From NCBI GenBank assembly GCA_038321985.1, contig JBBQFN010000026.1, forward strand, positions 10,846 through 74,845: a DNA stretch of 64,000 nucleotides. Reading direction: 5' to 3'. The translations under genes were made by a program, and so were the position numbers. This document shows, one piece after another, positions 32,429 to 43,336 of the stretch (within the stretch, counting starts at the first letter, position 1; each line of letters opens with the position of its first letter). The notes beneath the pieces are model-generated. The model was not told the DNA's origin and did not search any database. It saw only the letters and a program-made list of their open reading frames with translations. Source of the stretch: Cyanophyceae cyanobacterium. GTDB taxonomy: Bacteria; Cyanobacteriota; Cyanobacteriia; Cyanobacteriales; Laspinemataceae.

Positions 32429-33865
32429 ATGCTAACTTCCCCGACGAATGGAGCCAAAATCAAAAACTTAATACAGGAGAAACTCTTATTCGGGAACGAG
32501 CCTACCCCTGAACTGGTTGCGATTCTACTGGTTTACTTCGTGCAAGGTATCCTGGGTTTAGCGCGCTTAGCCGTCAGTTTCTTTCTAAAAGACGAACTGG
32601 GGCTAGGTCCCGCCGAAGTTTCTGCCTTAATGGGGATAGCCGCCTTACCCTGGATTGTCAAACCCCTATTCGGCTTTATGTCCGATGGGTTACCGATTTT
32701 TGGGTATCGCCGACGGCCCTATTTAATTCTGTCGGGGATATTCGGTGCAGTCGCTTGGATCGGCATGGCAATCGTAGTGGATAGCGGATGGAAAGCCACT
32801 GCCTTGATGTTGCTGAGTTCTCTTTCCGTTGCCGTCAGCGACGTAATTGTAGATTCCCTCGTTGTCGAACGAGCCAGAAATGAGTCCCTGAGTCATGCCG
32901 GTTCCCTGCAATCCTTGTGTTGGGGTTCCTCCGCAGTCGGGGGATTGATTACCGCCTATTTAAGCGGTTCTCTGTTAGAAGCCTTCAGTACCCAAACCGT
33001 ATTTTTAATTACCGCCAGCTTTCCGCCTATTGTCTCCGCAGTCGCCTGGTTGATTGCCGAGGAGCCAGTGGGGGAAGATTCCAAGGGGTTCGATCAAATC
33101 AAACAACAAGTGGGACAACTCAGAGGTGCGATCGCCCAAAAAGCGATTTGGTTACCTGCTGCCTTCGTCTTCATCTGGCAAGCAACCCCCTCCAGTGATT
33201 CCGCCTTCTTTTACTTCACCACCAACGAACTGGGATTTCAACCGGAATTTTTAGGGAAAGTGCGTCTGGTTACCAGTCTGGCATCCTTAGTCGGAATTTG
33301 GCTGTTCCAACGCTTCTTTAAAACCATACCCTTTCGCAAAATCTTTTGGTGGTCCACCCTGCTATCTGCCGCCCTAGGTATGACCACATTGCTACTGGTG
33401 ACTCATGCCAACCGGGCGATCGGCATCGATGACCATTGGTTTAGCATCGGCGATAGCTTGATTCTCACCGTCATGGGACAAATCGCCTATATGCCAGTCC
33501 TAGTCCTTGCTGCCAGACTTTGCCCTCCTGGAGTCGAAGCCACCTTATTTGCCCTGCTGATGTCCGTCACCAACCTAGCCGGACTCCTGTCTTACGAAGA
33601 AGGCGCAATGCTCATGCACTGGTTAGGCGTAACACAAACCAACTTTGAGCAACTGTGGCTCTTAGTTGTGATTACCAACCTCAGCACTCTGTTACCCTTG
33701 CCCTTCATCAAATGGCTACCGGACAACAATTCAGAAGAGGATCAATTCCCCTCTTCCGACGAGAAGCGGCAGTATGAAGATATGCCTAGATTAAGTCCAG
33801 ATAATGCAACGGCGATCGAAACCTTACAAACCGAGAAAATCCCCGAATTTGAACCCTCTGCTTAA
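32429..33865 (+). CDS. Folate/biopterin transporter (BT1 family)
   Basis: VYFVQG.LGLARLA, LPWIVKPLFG..SD..PIFGYRRRPY, LCPPGVEATLFA. Confidence 0.9.
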   Translation: MLTSPTNGAKIKNLIQEKLLFGNEPTPELVAILLVYFVQGILGLARLAVSFFLKDELGLGPAEVSALMGIAALPWIVKPLFGFMSDGLPIFGYRRRPYLILSGIFGAVAWIGMAIVVDSGWKATALMLLSSLSVAVSDVIVDSLVVERARNESLSHAGSLQSLCWGSSAVGGLITAYLSGSLLEAFSTQTVFLITASFPPIVSAVAWLIAEEPVGEDSKGFDQIKQQVGQLRGAIAQKAIWLPAAFVFIWQATPSSDSAFFYFTTNELGFQPEFLGKVRLVTSLASLVGIWLFQRFFKTIPFRKIFWWSTLLSAALGMTTLLLVTHANRAIGIDDHWFSIGDSLILTVMGQIAYMPVLVLAARLCPPGVEATLFALLMSVTNLAGLLSYEEGAMLMHWLGVTQTNFEQLWLLVVITNLSTLLPLPFIKWLPDNNSEEDQFPSSDEKRQYEDMPRLSPDNATAIETLQTEKIPEFEPSA

Positions 33866-33879
33866 TTCTCTTAAATTCG

Positions 33880-33932
33880 GTGTCACGACTTTAGTCGTAC
33901 TCTTAAGTTCGTAGTAACGACTTCAGTCGTTT
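33880..33932. repeat. Pair of short REP-like palindromes
   Basis: ACGACTTTAGTCGT and AACGACTTCAGTCGTT. Confidence 0.55.
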
Positions 33933-34026
33933 CCGGATTAATTCCCCCTCCAAATATTACACCCAGCCGCCACAACTAACCGAGCTTAACTCCCCTCAAA
34001 ATTCCCCTTAAATCCCTATCAACCTC

Positions 34027-35523
34027 ATGCAACTCGAAAACCGTCAAATCCAAAACATTTCCTCCAAAAAATCCTATACTCGCCAAGACTGGCAAAAAGG
34101 TTACGAATCCCAACCTAGGGAATTTGACTACTGGATTGAAGACATCGAAGGAGAAATTCCCCCCGAACTCCAAGGCACCTTCTTTAAAAACGGTCCCGGA
34201 CTCCTTGATATTAATGGCGAATTCATTCATCACCCCTTTGATGGCGATGGCATGATTTGTAAAATCGCCATTAACAAAGGTCGCGCCCACTTTAGCAACC
34301 GTTTCGTCCAAACAGAAGGTTATCTCGCCGAAAAAAAAGCCGGAAAAATTCTTTATCGCGGCGTTTTTGGTACTCAAAAACCCGGGGGATGGTTAGCCAA
34401 TCTATTTAACTTCAACATTAAAAATATTGCCAATACCAACGTCATTTATTGGGGAAACAAACTCCTGGCCCTGTGGGAAGCCGCCCAACCCCATCGCCTT
34501 GACCCTCATACCTTAAAAACCATAGGATTAGACACTCTTCAAGGTACTTTAAACCCTGGAGATGCCTTTGCCGCTCATCCGCGCATAGACCCCCATTCTC
34601 AACAGGATGGCGGAGAACCTTGTTTAGTCAACTTTGCCGTTAAACCCGGACCCTCCACCACCATCACCATTTACGAACTCAATCCCGCCGGGGAAGTGGT
34701 GCGACAACATCCCCACTCAGTGCCAGGTTTTGCCTTCTTGCACGATATGGCAATTACCCCAAACTACTGCATCTTTTTCCAGAATCCCGTCAGGTTTAAT
34801 CCCCTACCCTTTTTACTCGGATGGCGCAGTCCGGGTCAATGTATAGAATTTAATCCCAAAGAAAAAACCAAAATAATTTTAATTCCTCGGGATGGCAAAT
34901 CAGCGGTTAAATTTGTCGAAACCGAACCTTGTTTTGTATTTCATCATGCCAATGCTTGGGAAGAAAACGGGGAGATCTTCATCGATTCTGTCTGTTATGA
35001 ATCGTTTCCCGCCGTTGAACCCGATGGAGATTTCCGGGAGGTGGATTTTGATGCAATTCCTGCCGGTCAGTTGTGGCGATTTCAGGTAAATTTAGGAACC
35101 GCAACCGTGCAGCATCAGGTCATAGAAACCCGCTGCTGTGAGTTTCCGGTCCTGCATCCTGAACAAGTAGGCCGACCCTATCGCTACTTGTATATCGGCA
35201 CTGCCCATGCAGCCGAGGGAAATGCTCCCTTACAGGCTGTGTTAAAGCTCGACCTAGAAACCCAAACCCAACAGATTTGGAGTGCCGCCCCCCGTGGATT
35301 TACGGGGGAACCCGTGTTCGTTCCGCGTCCTGGGGGAACAAAAGAAGATGAAGGCTGGTTGCTACTGTTGATGTACGATGCGGTACACCATCGTTCCGAC
35401 CTGGTGATATTGGATAGCGAAGATTTGACCCGAGGACCGATAGCGCGATTGCACCTCAAACATCATGTCCCCTATGGATTGCATGGCAGTTTTACCCCCG
35501 AATGGTTTGGTCCAGTCGAGTAA
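34027..35523 (+). CDS. Carotenoid cleavage / apocarotenoid oxygenase (RPE65 family)
   Basis: NGPG, HPFDGDG, AHP, HD, FH, EPVFVP, PYGLHG iron-ligand motifs. Confidence 0.92.
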   Translation: MQLENRQIQNISSKKSYTRQDWQKGYESQPREFDYWIEDIEGEIPPELQGTFFKNGPGLLDINGEFIHHPFDGDGMICKIAINKGRAHFSNRFVQTEGYLAEKKAGKILYRGVFGTQKPGGWLANLFNFNIKNIANTNVIYWGNKLLALWEAAQPHRLDPHTLKTIGLDTLQGTLNPGDAFAAHPRIDPHSQQDGGEPCLVNFAVKPGPSTTITIYELNPAGEVVRQHPHSVPGFAFLHDMAITPNYCIFFQNPVRFNPLPFLLGWRSPGQCIEFNPKEKTKIILIPRDGKSAVKFVETEPCFVFHHANAWEENGEIFIDSVCYESFPAVEPDGDFREVDFDAIPAGQLWRFQVNLGTATVQHQVIETRCCEFPVLHPEQVGRPYRYLYIGTAHAAEGNAPLQAVLKLDLETQTQQIWSAAPRGFTGEPVFVPRPGGTKEDEGWLLLLMYDAVHHRSDLVILDSEDLTRGPIARLHLKHHVPYGLHGSFTPEWFGPVE

Positions 35524-35691
35524 ATTTATTCCCATTGGACGGGATAAAGTCTGCCGGTAGGTGGATATAGGGTGAGGGGAAGAGGACATACAACTAAGGC
35601 AGCTTAAGCAGGAGCGAATACGAGTGAGCCAAGCATCACCTAAAGTATTCGCTCCTAATTTGTTAAAAATTGACGGTTAACACAAAAAATT

Positions 35692-36234
35692 ATGGCAACA
35701 AACGAAAGAAGAATATCCCCGTATCCTAATATTCCCCCTGTCATTGAAACCAAAGACGAAGAGTATTTGGATTCCGGTGTGACCAGTAAACTGTCGATCG
35801 CCGGTCATCCGATCCACCCTGTCATCGTCACCATGCCGATCGGGCTACTGATTTCTGCCCTGATCAGTGACGTGGTGTATTGGGTAACAAGTGATTTATT
35901 TTGGGCCAGCGCATCATTTTGGCTGATTGTGGGGGGAATTATTAGTGGAGTCGCCGCCGGTCTCACAGGAATGGTTGACTTCGTAAAAATCAAACGAGTC
36001 CGCAATCGCAGCGCCGGATGGATTCACATGATTGGAAATATAGGAGTGCTTCTGCTGAGTATAATCAATATGTGGACGCGACTAGGAGACCCGGTCGCAC
36101 CGATTTTACCTTGGGGATTGGTTCTTTCACTGATTGTAGCCAGCTTATTGGGAGTAACCGGCTGGTTTGGAGGCGAACTCACATTCCGGCACAAAATAGG
36201 TATCATCGGAGCAGGTCCTGAGAATTTACCCTAA
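35692..36234 (+). CDS. DUF2231-type membrane protein
   Basis: GHPIHP..V..PIG, H..GN, GW.GGEL.FRH. Confidence 0.8.
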   Translation: MATNERRISPYPNIPPVIETKDEEYLDSGVTSKLSIAGHPIHPVIVTMPIGLLISALISDVVYWVTSDLFWASASFWLIVGGIISGVAAGLTGMVDFVKIKRVRNRSAGWIHMIGNIGVLLLSIINMWTRLGDPVAPILPWGLVLSLIVASLLGVTGWFGGELTFRHKIGIIGAGPENLP

Positions 36235-36327
36235 TTCAGGGAAGCGTGAGAATTAACACCGGGGCGATCGCAGTCTAAGAAGAGAGATATTGAGGCGATC
36301 GGTCCGGTTTTTTCATGGGGCGATCGG

Positions 36328-39225
36328 GTTTCAATCCCTGAAAGGGATTAGGGGTCATTGAGACTTCCGCCCCCTCAATGCTTACCCCTGGGGGAATATT
36401 GGTTTCAATCCCTGAAAGGGATTAGGGGTCATTGAGACAGACCAAGCGGGAAAAGCTAAGATAAATGAGAATGAGGTTTCAATCCCTGAAAGGGATTAGG
36501 GGTCATTGAGACTCAATTATTCCGATTATCGTTCCATCGGGGCTGGTTTCAATCCCTGAAAGGGATTAGGGGTCATTGAGACGGAGGGTTTGCCTTCTGC
36601 CCCGCGATGCTGGGAGTTTCAATCCCTGAAAGGGATTAGGGGTCATTGAGACTTGGTAATCGGGGCCACGGGCGGGGGGAAAACCTATTCGTTTCAATCC
36701 CTGAAAGGGATTAGGGGTCATTGAGACTTCTAGCGATGCCTGGAGTAGAATAGCTCAGGTTGCTGTTTCAATCCCTGAAAGGGATTAGGGGTCATTGAGA
36801 CCAGTTCATTCGCTTTGTGGCTTCCGTATCGAGAGGTTTCAATCCCTGAAAGGGATTAGGGGTCATTGAGACTGAGTTCCCGTTAGCCGTCACTGCGTTG
36901 GGATACGTTCCTGTTTCAATCCCTGAAAGGGATTAGGGGTCATTGAGACTTGATTGCCTCGGTATCTGCTTCTTCGCCGAGATAAATTGTTTCAATCCCT
37001 GAATAGGGATTAGGGGTCATTGAGACCTGATTGCGATCGCTCTCAATGGCGAACTTCTCGGTTTCAATCCCTGAAAGGGATTAGGGGTCATTGAGACGAA
37101 GATACGCCATTCGCTACAGTATTTCTCGGTTTCAATCCCTGAAAGGGATTAGGGGTCATTGAGACCCAGTATCGCATAATGCTAGATGGCATTTTGTGGA
37201 ATATTTACGAGTTTCAATCCCTGAAAGGGATTAGGGGTCATTGAGACCCCCATACTTGAGAAATATCTACCTGGGCGATCGCCTTTATGTTTCAATCCCT
37301 GAAAGGGATTAGGGGTCATTGAGACCCTGTGTTGCTACTGAAATCATAGATTTCAATCTTGCGTTTCAATCCCTGAAAGGGATTAGGGGTCATTGAGACG
37401 GTGAGGGATATCCAGTGAATCACAAAAATGATGTCGGTTTCAATCCCTGAAAGGGATTAGGGGTCATTGAGACAAGGATCCTTCTTATTGCAAAAAAAAC
37501 TTTCTGCCGTTTCAATCCCTGAAAGGGATTAGGGGTCATTGAGACTGCTTGGAGCAGTGGTATAAGCGCCAACCCACAGGCTAGTGTTTCAATCCCTGAA
37601 AGGGATTAGGGGTCATTGAGACAAAAAGCCGGGTTAGTCGTTGGGGCGATCGTCAAGTTTCAATCCCTGAAAGGGATTAGGGGTCATTGAGACACTATTT
37701 GCTTTCCTTTTCCCCATTGAGCAGTTTCGGTTTCAATCCCTGAAAGGGATTAGGGGTCATTGAGACAATTGCCTTAGATTCACCCGTTCCACCCTCAAAA
37801 CGTTTCAATCCCTGAAAGGGATTAGGGGTCATTGAGACTGAGACTTGGAGAATTTAGGAAATCTCAGAGCATAATGTGTTTCAATCCCTGAAAGGGATTA
37901 GGGGTCATTGAGACGTAGGGTTGGGTTTGCCGTTTAATAGAATCAATGTTTCAATCCCTGAAAGGGATTAGGGGTCATTGAGACCAAATGACCAATGAAC
38001 AGCTTCGAGCAACAATCACTTATCTGTTTCAATCCCTGAAAGGGATTAGGGGTCATTGAGACCACACCCAAACTTGTTTCTGCGGAACCTAATTCCGTTT
38101 CAATCCCTGAAAGGGATTAGGGGTCATTGAGACGAGGTAATATTGATTCTAAAGAAATAAGAGAATGGGCAGGTTTCAATCCCTGAAAGGGATTAGGGGT
38201 CATTGAGACTCAGGGTCTACTGGTAAAAATTTAATTTCCATCAGTTTCAATCCCTGAAAGGGATTAGGGGTCATTGAGACAATTACCCAGCAAGAAGATC
38301 CACAGGATTCCTCTGTTTCAATCCCTGAAAGGGATTAGGGGTCATTGAGACCTTTGATAGGGCAGAGCGTACCTTAGAGTATCTCTCGTTTCAATCCCTG
38401 AAAGGGATTAGGGGTCATTGAGACAGAAGAGGAGCGCAGCAAAAGAGCAAGCATGGTTTCAGTTTCAATCCCTGAAAGGGATTAGGGGTCATTGAGACTC
38501 CTTAGAACAAATCAATTAATTACACTGAAAACTATGGGTTTCAATCCCTGAAAGGGATTAGGGGTCATTGAGACGATTGAAATATACGAATATACACTAG
38601 AAGAAATAGTTTCAATCCCTGAAAGGGATTAGGGGTCATTGAGACTTTTTGGAAATTTTCTTACGGGGTAGATATTGTTGTTTCAATCCCTGAAAGGGAT
38701 TAGGGGTCATTGAGACCAATGTCGGAAGTTTTTTCATTAGTCTACTGCCGGTTTCAATCCCTGAAAGGGATTAGGGGTCATTGAGACATAAATTTTCACC
38801 CGCTGCTACATGGCAACAGATGAAGTTTCAATCCCTGAAAGGGATTAGGGGTCATTGAGACAGGATTCTGGTGAGTTTCGTTTAACGCCAGAAGAGGCTC
38901 AAGTTTCAATCCCTGAAAGGGATTAGGGGTCATTGAGACGAATCTTGAAAGATAAAACAAGGGTTTCCTTAGATGGGTTTCAATCCCTGAAAGGGATTAG
39001 GGGTCATTGAGACACACGAAACTTTATTACATAAAGGTTGAAGGCGCGTTTCAATCCCTGAAAGGGATTAGGGGTCATTGAGACCTGAGCCGGTTACGGT
39101 TGCATTCGGCCAAAATGTTTCAATCCCTGAAAGGGATTAGGGGTCATTGAGACAACAGCAGACAAAGGCATTTCAAGCGATGTCATTAGTTTCAATCCCT
39201 GAAAGGGATTAGGGGTCATTGAGAC
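36328..39225 (-). CRISPR. CRISPR array 2: 40 repeats / 39 spacers, adjacent to cas2
   Basis: Plus-strand repeat GTTTCAATCCCTGAAAGGGATTAGGGGTCATTGAGAC; 1-nt insertion variant at 36989. Counted manually. Confidence 0.99.
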
Positions 39226-39479
39226 CCACCGGGTTTGAAACCCTTGCTGTATGAAGTTTTCAAGGTGCATTTGCGCGAACCTAGATTAAAAATACCATTC
39301 CAGCCGCCAACTTGTAAATAGGTAAAATTCATTTTCCTCTCAAATTATTGCTCCGTATAGCTTTCAGCGTTTGCGCGAACCGGCTTGAAGGGGGAACAGC
39401 ACTCAACGCCTTATCCCGTCAAAATTTCAGCCCCAAATTTTGCACCCTTCTTTTCTACAGCTTGGGGTTCGCGCTAAAT
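39226..39479 (-). promoter_or_regulatory. Leader of array 2
   Basis: Lies between cas2 stop and first repeat; homologous to leader 1. Confidence 0.9.
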
Positions 39480-39752
39480 TTACGCGAAAAAGATGGTCGA
39501 GTCCCTGGGTTCTACTCCCCCAATACGTTCTATTTTACCTTGGCAGCAAGCGCACAGGAAGAAAAATCGAATATTGTCCTCATCCGGTTTGATCTGTTTA
39601 CTCAGCCGCATCCGCAGTTTCTGGTACTGAGTCTGGTTCAAATCACATTCAAACAACGAAAATTGCACCCACTGTCCATAGGATTTGAGAATATTGTGAA
39701 TTTTCGTACGTCGTTTATCCTCCGAAATATCGTAAGCAATCACAATATACAT
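39480..39752 (-). CDS. cas2: Cas2
   Basis: IAYDI...RRTKI..L..YG.WVQFSLFEC. Confidence 0.96.
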   Translation of the reverse strand: MYIVIAYDISEDKRRTKIHNILKSYGQWVQFSLFECDLNQTQYQKLRMRLSKQIKPDEDNIRFFFLCACCQGKIERIGGVEPRDSTIFFA

Positions 39753-39788
39753 AATCCATACTCCGAATATTCTACAAGCTCACCCCAA

Positions 39789-39834
39789 CCCCACCGTAAG
39801 TAAGCGGCGACTACGCCGCTTACTTACGGTGGGG
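39789..39834. repeat. Perfect 21-bp-stem palindrome between cas1 and cas2
   Basis: CCCCACCGTAAGTAAGCGGCG-ACTA-CGCCGCTTACTTACGGTGGGG. Confidence 0.9.
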
Positions 39835-39838
39835 AGGG

Positions 39839-40843
39839 CTATTTCAACACTAAGGGCGGATATTGATCGATTTCTTCCATCAAATACTTCGCCATTAGTC
39901 GTCCTTGAATTTCAAAGGATTCCTGATAGGTACATTTTTTTCCCATCACGGGATGGGTGAAATCCGACTGTTTTTTCTGTTCATATAGTCGCAGAAAGGT
40001 CCGCAAGGCCTCTGGGGTCAAAGAGACTGCATTGCTAATCGGTTCTATGGTAAACTCCGCTGGAGTAATGATGCGGTTATTAATAGCGTTCAAAACCATC
40101 GCATCTACTACAAGGGGGCGAAATTCTTCCATCAAATCTAGGGCTAAAGACGGGCGTCCATATCGTTCAACGTGCAGGTATCCTAGATAAGGATCAAATC
40201 CTACAATATTCACTGCACTCTGGATATCATGACTCAGTAAAGAATAGCCTAAACTCAGCAGTGCATTCACCGGATCCGTGGGAGGACGACGGCGACGAGC
40301 TTCAAAGCTGAACCCTTCGCTACGAATTAAAGCATCAAAACATTGGAAATAGGCTGCACTTCCAGCGCCTTCTAATCCGCGCAAGGAATCAATAGTGGCT
40401 GTTGATGTCAGGGAGGAAAGGTTCTGTTTCAGCCGGTCCGTTGCAACTTGGAAGTTCACATCGGTTCGTTCTCGCTGTTTGCGTAACAAAGCATTTCGAT
40501 AGTTCTTGAGTTTCCCCCGAATAAACCCGCGTACCAGATGCAGGGATTTCTCGGTTTCTCCTGCTGCTTGCCATTGGGCTTTGCGAACAAAAATATTCTT
40601 AGTCAATTCCGGTTCTAACCGTCCTAAATATCGTCCCGTTGTGGTTAAAAAACTCAAAGGAATGTGGCGATTGAGCAGTTCCGTTACCGCTGCTGGAGAA
40701 ATCGTTGCCCGTCCCATAATCACAACACCTTCGATATTAATTAACGGTACATCCAGCAATTTTTGCTTGTTGGCGCGAATATTTAAACGTTCATCGGTTT
40801 TGCCAATAAAACAGTCATCTTGAGTGATATAAACAGTTCCCAC
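39839..40843 (-). CDS. cas1: Cas1 (type I-D)
   Basis: LRGLEG..AAYF, RRPPTDPVNALLSLGY, GYLH, LALDLMEEFRP. Confidence 0.97.
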   Translation of the reverse strand: MGTVYITQDDCFIGKTDERLNIRANKQKLLDVPLINIEGVVIMGRATISPAAVTELLNRHIPLSFLTTTGRYLGRLEPELTKNIFVRKAQWQAAGETEKSLHLVRGFIRGKLKNYRNALLRKQRERTDVNFQVATDRLKQNLSSLTSTATIDSLRGLEGAGSAAYFQCFDALIRSEGFSFEARRRRPPTDPVNALLSLGYSLLSHDIQSAVNIVGFDPYLGYLHVERYGRPSLALDLMEEFRPLVVDAMVLNAINNRIITPAEFTIEPISNAVSLTPEALRTFLRLYEQKKQSDFTHPVMGKKCTYQESFEIQGRLMAKYLMEEIDQYPPLVLK

Positions 40844-40979
40844 AATTCTCTCCTAATTTTAATCTAAGGTTTCTAAAATTTTCCCCAAACCACCTCCGGT
40901 CCCCTCCCCTGTGTCTTGGGGAAGGTTAGGGTGGGGTCCTCCAGCCCAAGGAAGGACAAAAAACTTTAATATTCCACAA

Positions 40980-41573
40980 TTAATTCGCTTCTTGATAGCC
41001 TTTAACTTTATCCGCAGCTTGGGGTAAACATTGATGAAAAAGGCTGCAACCGCGACAACGTTTACTGTAGATAGGGGGTGGCATAGTTCCAGTTTGAAGG
41101 AGATTAGAAATGGCTTCTAAAGTGGCGATCGCCTCTTGTCGTAATCCCTCCGTAATCTCCACTGCTTGCCGTCGCCGAGTTTGGGCATAATACACATACC
41201 CGCGCTCAATAGTTTTTCCCATCATTTCCTCTAAACATAAGGCTTGAGCGCAAACTTGTAACTCATCATTATCCCATTCTCCTTTCTTTCCCCGCTTATA
41301 TTCAATGGGATAAACTTCCCCCTCTACGGATTCAATTAAATCCGCTTTGCCAATCAGTTGATACCGTTCTGATTTCAACCAAATCGCCCGAACTTGCCAC
41401 ACTTCCTCCCGATTTCCCTCTCCCAGGGTATGCACCCGTTCATGTAAATCAGTGCCTTCCAGAGTGTAGTGATTGTCCCGAAACTCCCCCGCACAAAACA
41501 TTCGCCAGCAGCGGTGGGGACAATAAGAATATTGATTGAGTGCAGCAATGGTAATGTAATCAGAGTTGTTCAT
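40980..41573 (-). CDS. cas4: Cas4
   Basis: YCPHR, GKAD, IEYKRG, Q..AQALCLE, C-terminal CRGCS..C Fe-S ligands. Confidence 0.95.
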   Translation of the reverse strand: MNNSDYITIAALNQYSYCPHRCWRMFCAGEFRDNHYTLEGTDLHERVHTLGEGNREEVWQVRAIWLKSERYQLIGKADLIESVEGEVYPIEYKRGKKGEWDNDELQVCAQALCLEEMMGKTIERGYVYYAQTRRRQAVEITEGLRQEAIATLEAISNLLQTGTMPPPIYSKRCRGCSLFHQCLPQAADKVKGYQEAN

Positions 41574-41612
41574 AGTTTTAAATTGTAGAGAAAACTGACA
41601 TTTTACCTCCTA

Positions 41613-42440
41613 TCAAGACAGATTCAACCGCCGAATCATCCCCATTCCCATTGGTGTTTTCCGTCCCGCACCACTGTAGAGGGCAAAATCGGCTAAAACA
41701 TTAATATCCTTGATAACTTGCACAGAAGCCTCCCCTAAAATGGAATATCCCATTTCGCCCACGCAGCCAATAAACTTACTACGTTTATCGATAATAATTT
41801 CCGATTGAATATTCACATAAGTCGGAAAAATATACTCCGTCAAAGACTCAGCCAGGGGAATCTGACTATATTTATTCCAGCGGTGCAGCAAACTATTAAA
41901 CAAACACTCTCGGGTTGGCAAACAAGAATCATATTGACCCTGGCGAAATGCCGTAGGCGTACAGAAAGCCATTTCAATTTTTCGCTGACTATCTGATGCC
42001 TTTTCATATAACTCAGCATAACTGCAAAAATTAGCCCAAGGTTGGGTAACTTGCGGTGTTCCTAAAATTCGGGTAATCTGTAAATTAGCCGACCCTAGAT
42101 GCCAAGGTTGTTCTGGATTTAGATTTAACCAAAGATGCATCAAGTTATTAAATAAACCATCATCTAACAGGGAAACCCGCCACCAACAGGGTGTTCCTTT
42201 GGGAATGGGTTTATTGTGGTGCCATTGCAACAAGTGACCGGATTTTTGAGAGGAATGGCTAACTTGTAAGGGACTGAGGGTAAAGGCTTTTTCAGTCTTT
42301 TGTTCATGCAGAGAAGTTGCTAATTCGGGGTTAACAGAGTTGAGGAGAGTTAAAAATAGAGCATGGAGATGTCTACCGCTGACAAATTGCGGATAAATTG
42401 GGGAAGTGGGAACCAGGTTGATGATGAGAGTATGAGGCAT
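41613..42440 (-). CDS. cas6: Cas6 crRNA-processing endoribonuclease
   Basis: C-terminal G-rich loop YSGAGRKTPMGMG; FCTPTAF. Confidence 0.95.
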   Translation of the reverse strand: MPHTLIINLVPTSPIYPQFVSGRHLHALFLTLLNSVNPELATSLHEQKTEKAFTLSPLQVSHSSQKSGHLLQWHHNKPIPKGTPCWWRVSLLDDGLFNNLMHLWLNLNPEQPWHLGSANLQITRILGTPQVTQPWANFCSYAELYEKASDSQRKIEMAFCTPTAFRQGQYDSCLPTRECLFNSLLHRWNKYSQIPLAESLTEYIFPTYVNIQSEIIIDKRSKFIGCVGEMGYSILGEASVQVIKDINVLADFALYSGAGRKTPMGMGMIRRLNLS

Positions 42441-42539
42441 TTTTAATCCTTATGTTAGAGGTTGCGGTAAATATTGTGGTGAAGAAAATGGAAAAAATCA
42501 GGGATTTTCAAGCAAAGTTATCGGTCAAAATTAATTAGC

Positions 42540-43271
42540 CTAATTTTCTGGGAGGTTAGGCTGAAATCGATATTCCATGTGAGCAGGAATTTTAAAACTT
42601 CCTAGAGAAAAGCATTCTCCTTGTAGTCTTACATTCTGAATTAGACTCACGGGAGGCATATTAATCGTATCGTAACTAAAAACTTGATAAGTAAACATGA
42701 CATCAAGGGGATTAAGTGGATGCTTGCAAATAAACGGTTCTTTGGATAAAGAATGCTTAACTTTATCGGGAAAAGGTATTTCTGTGACTTTTGCTTTACT
42801 CATCCATTTACCCAGACGAATCCAGCGCGGTAATTTTAGCGGCTGACTGGAAATGACAAAAAACTCAAAGATGCTTTCGGCTGAAACTTCTTTATTTCTT
42901 CCATAACTGGGAATGTTTTTTTGAGTTTTCTGCATTTCAACGTGATAGCGATTATCCGCATATTTCCAAGTATTGAGTTGAGTGGTATGGGAGAGCGATC
43001 GCGCTGGAGTCACATAAATTCCAGCCTGATTTAGCGCGGTCAAATGCACCTCATATTGTGGCACTTGTTCTCGGCAAAAGTATCGGTAAGAACTCTCTTC
43101 GGGTACGCGAGTCGAGTAGACATCGCTATCTACCAATCCTAAGGCATAGCACAAAGCGTAATTGTGTAAAACGGGTTCGGTTTCATACAGTCTACCGATT
43201 TCACGAGTGGCGTAATAAAGACTATCATGAAGTTCCAGATGATAGCGAGAAATAATCGGCATAAAAATCAT
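42540..43271 (-). CDS. csc1: Type I-D Cas5 (Csc1)
   Basis: YYATREIGRLYETE..LHNYALCYALG, PRWIRLGKW; position in operon. Confidence 0.92.
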   Translation of the reverse strand: MIFMPIISRYHLELHDSLYYATREIGRLYETEPVLHNYALCYALGLVDSDVYSTRVPEESSYRYFCREQVPQYEVHLTALNQAGIYVTPARSLSHTTQLNTWKYADNRYHVEMQKTQKNIPSYGRNKEVSAESIFEFFVISSQPLKLPRWIRLGKWMSKAKVTEIPFPDKVKHSLSKEPFICKHPLNPLDVMFTYQVFSYDTINMPPVSLIQNVRLQGECFSLGSFKIPAHMEYRFQPNLPEN

Positions 43272-43336
43272 CCTCTATTTGAATTAAACGGCTGGGACAC
43301 GGCATTGCCGTGTCCTTTCTTTACCTACTTTGGGAA

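Noticed and set aside
39348..39803. 151-aa plus-strand ORF
   Set aside because: Antisense to cas2 and overlaps the leader; shadow ORF.
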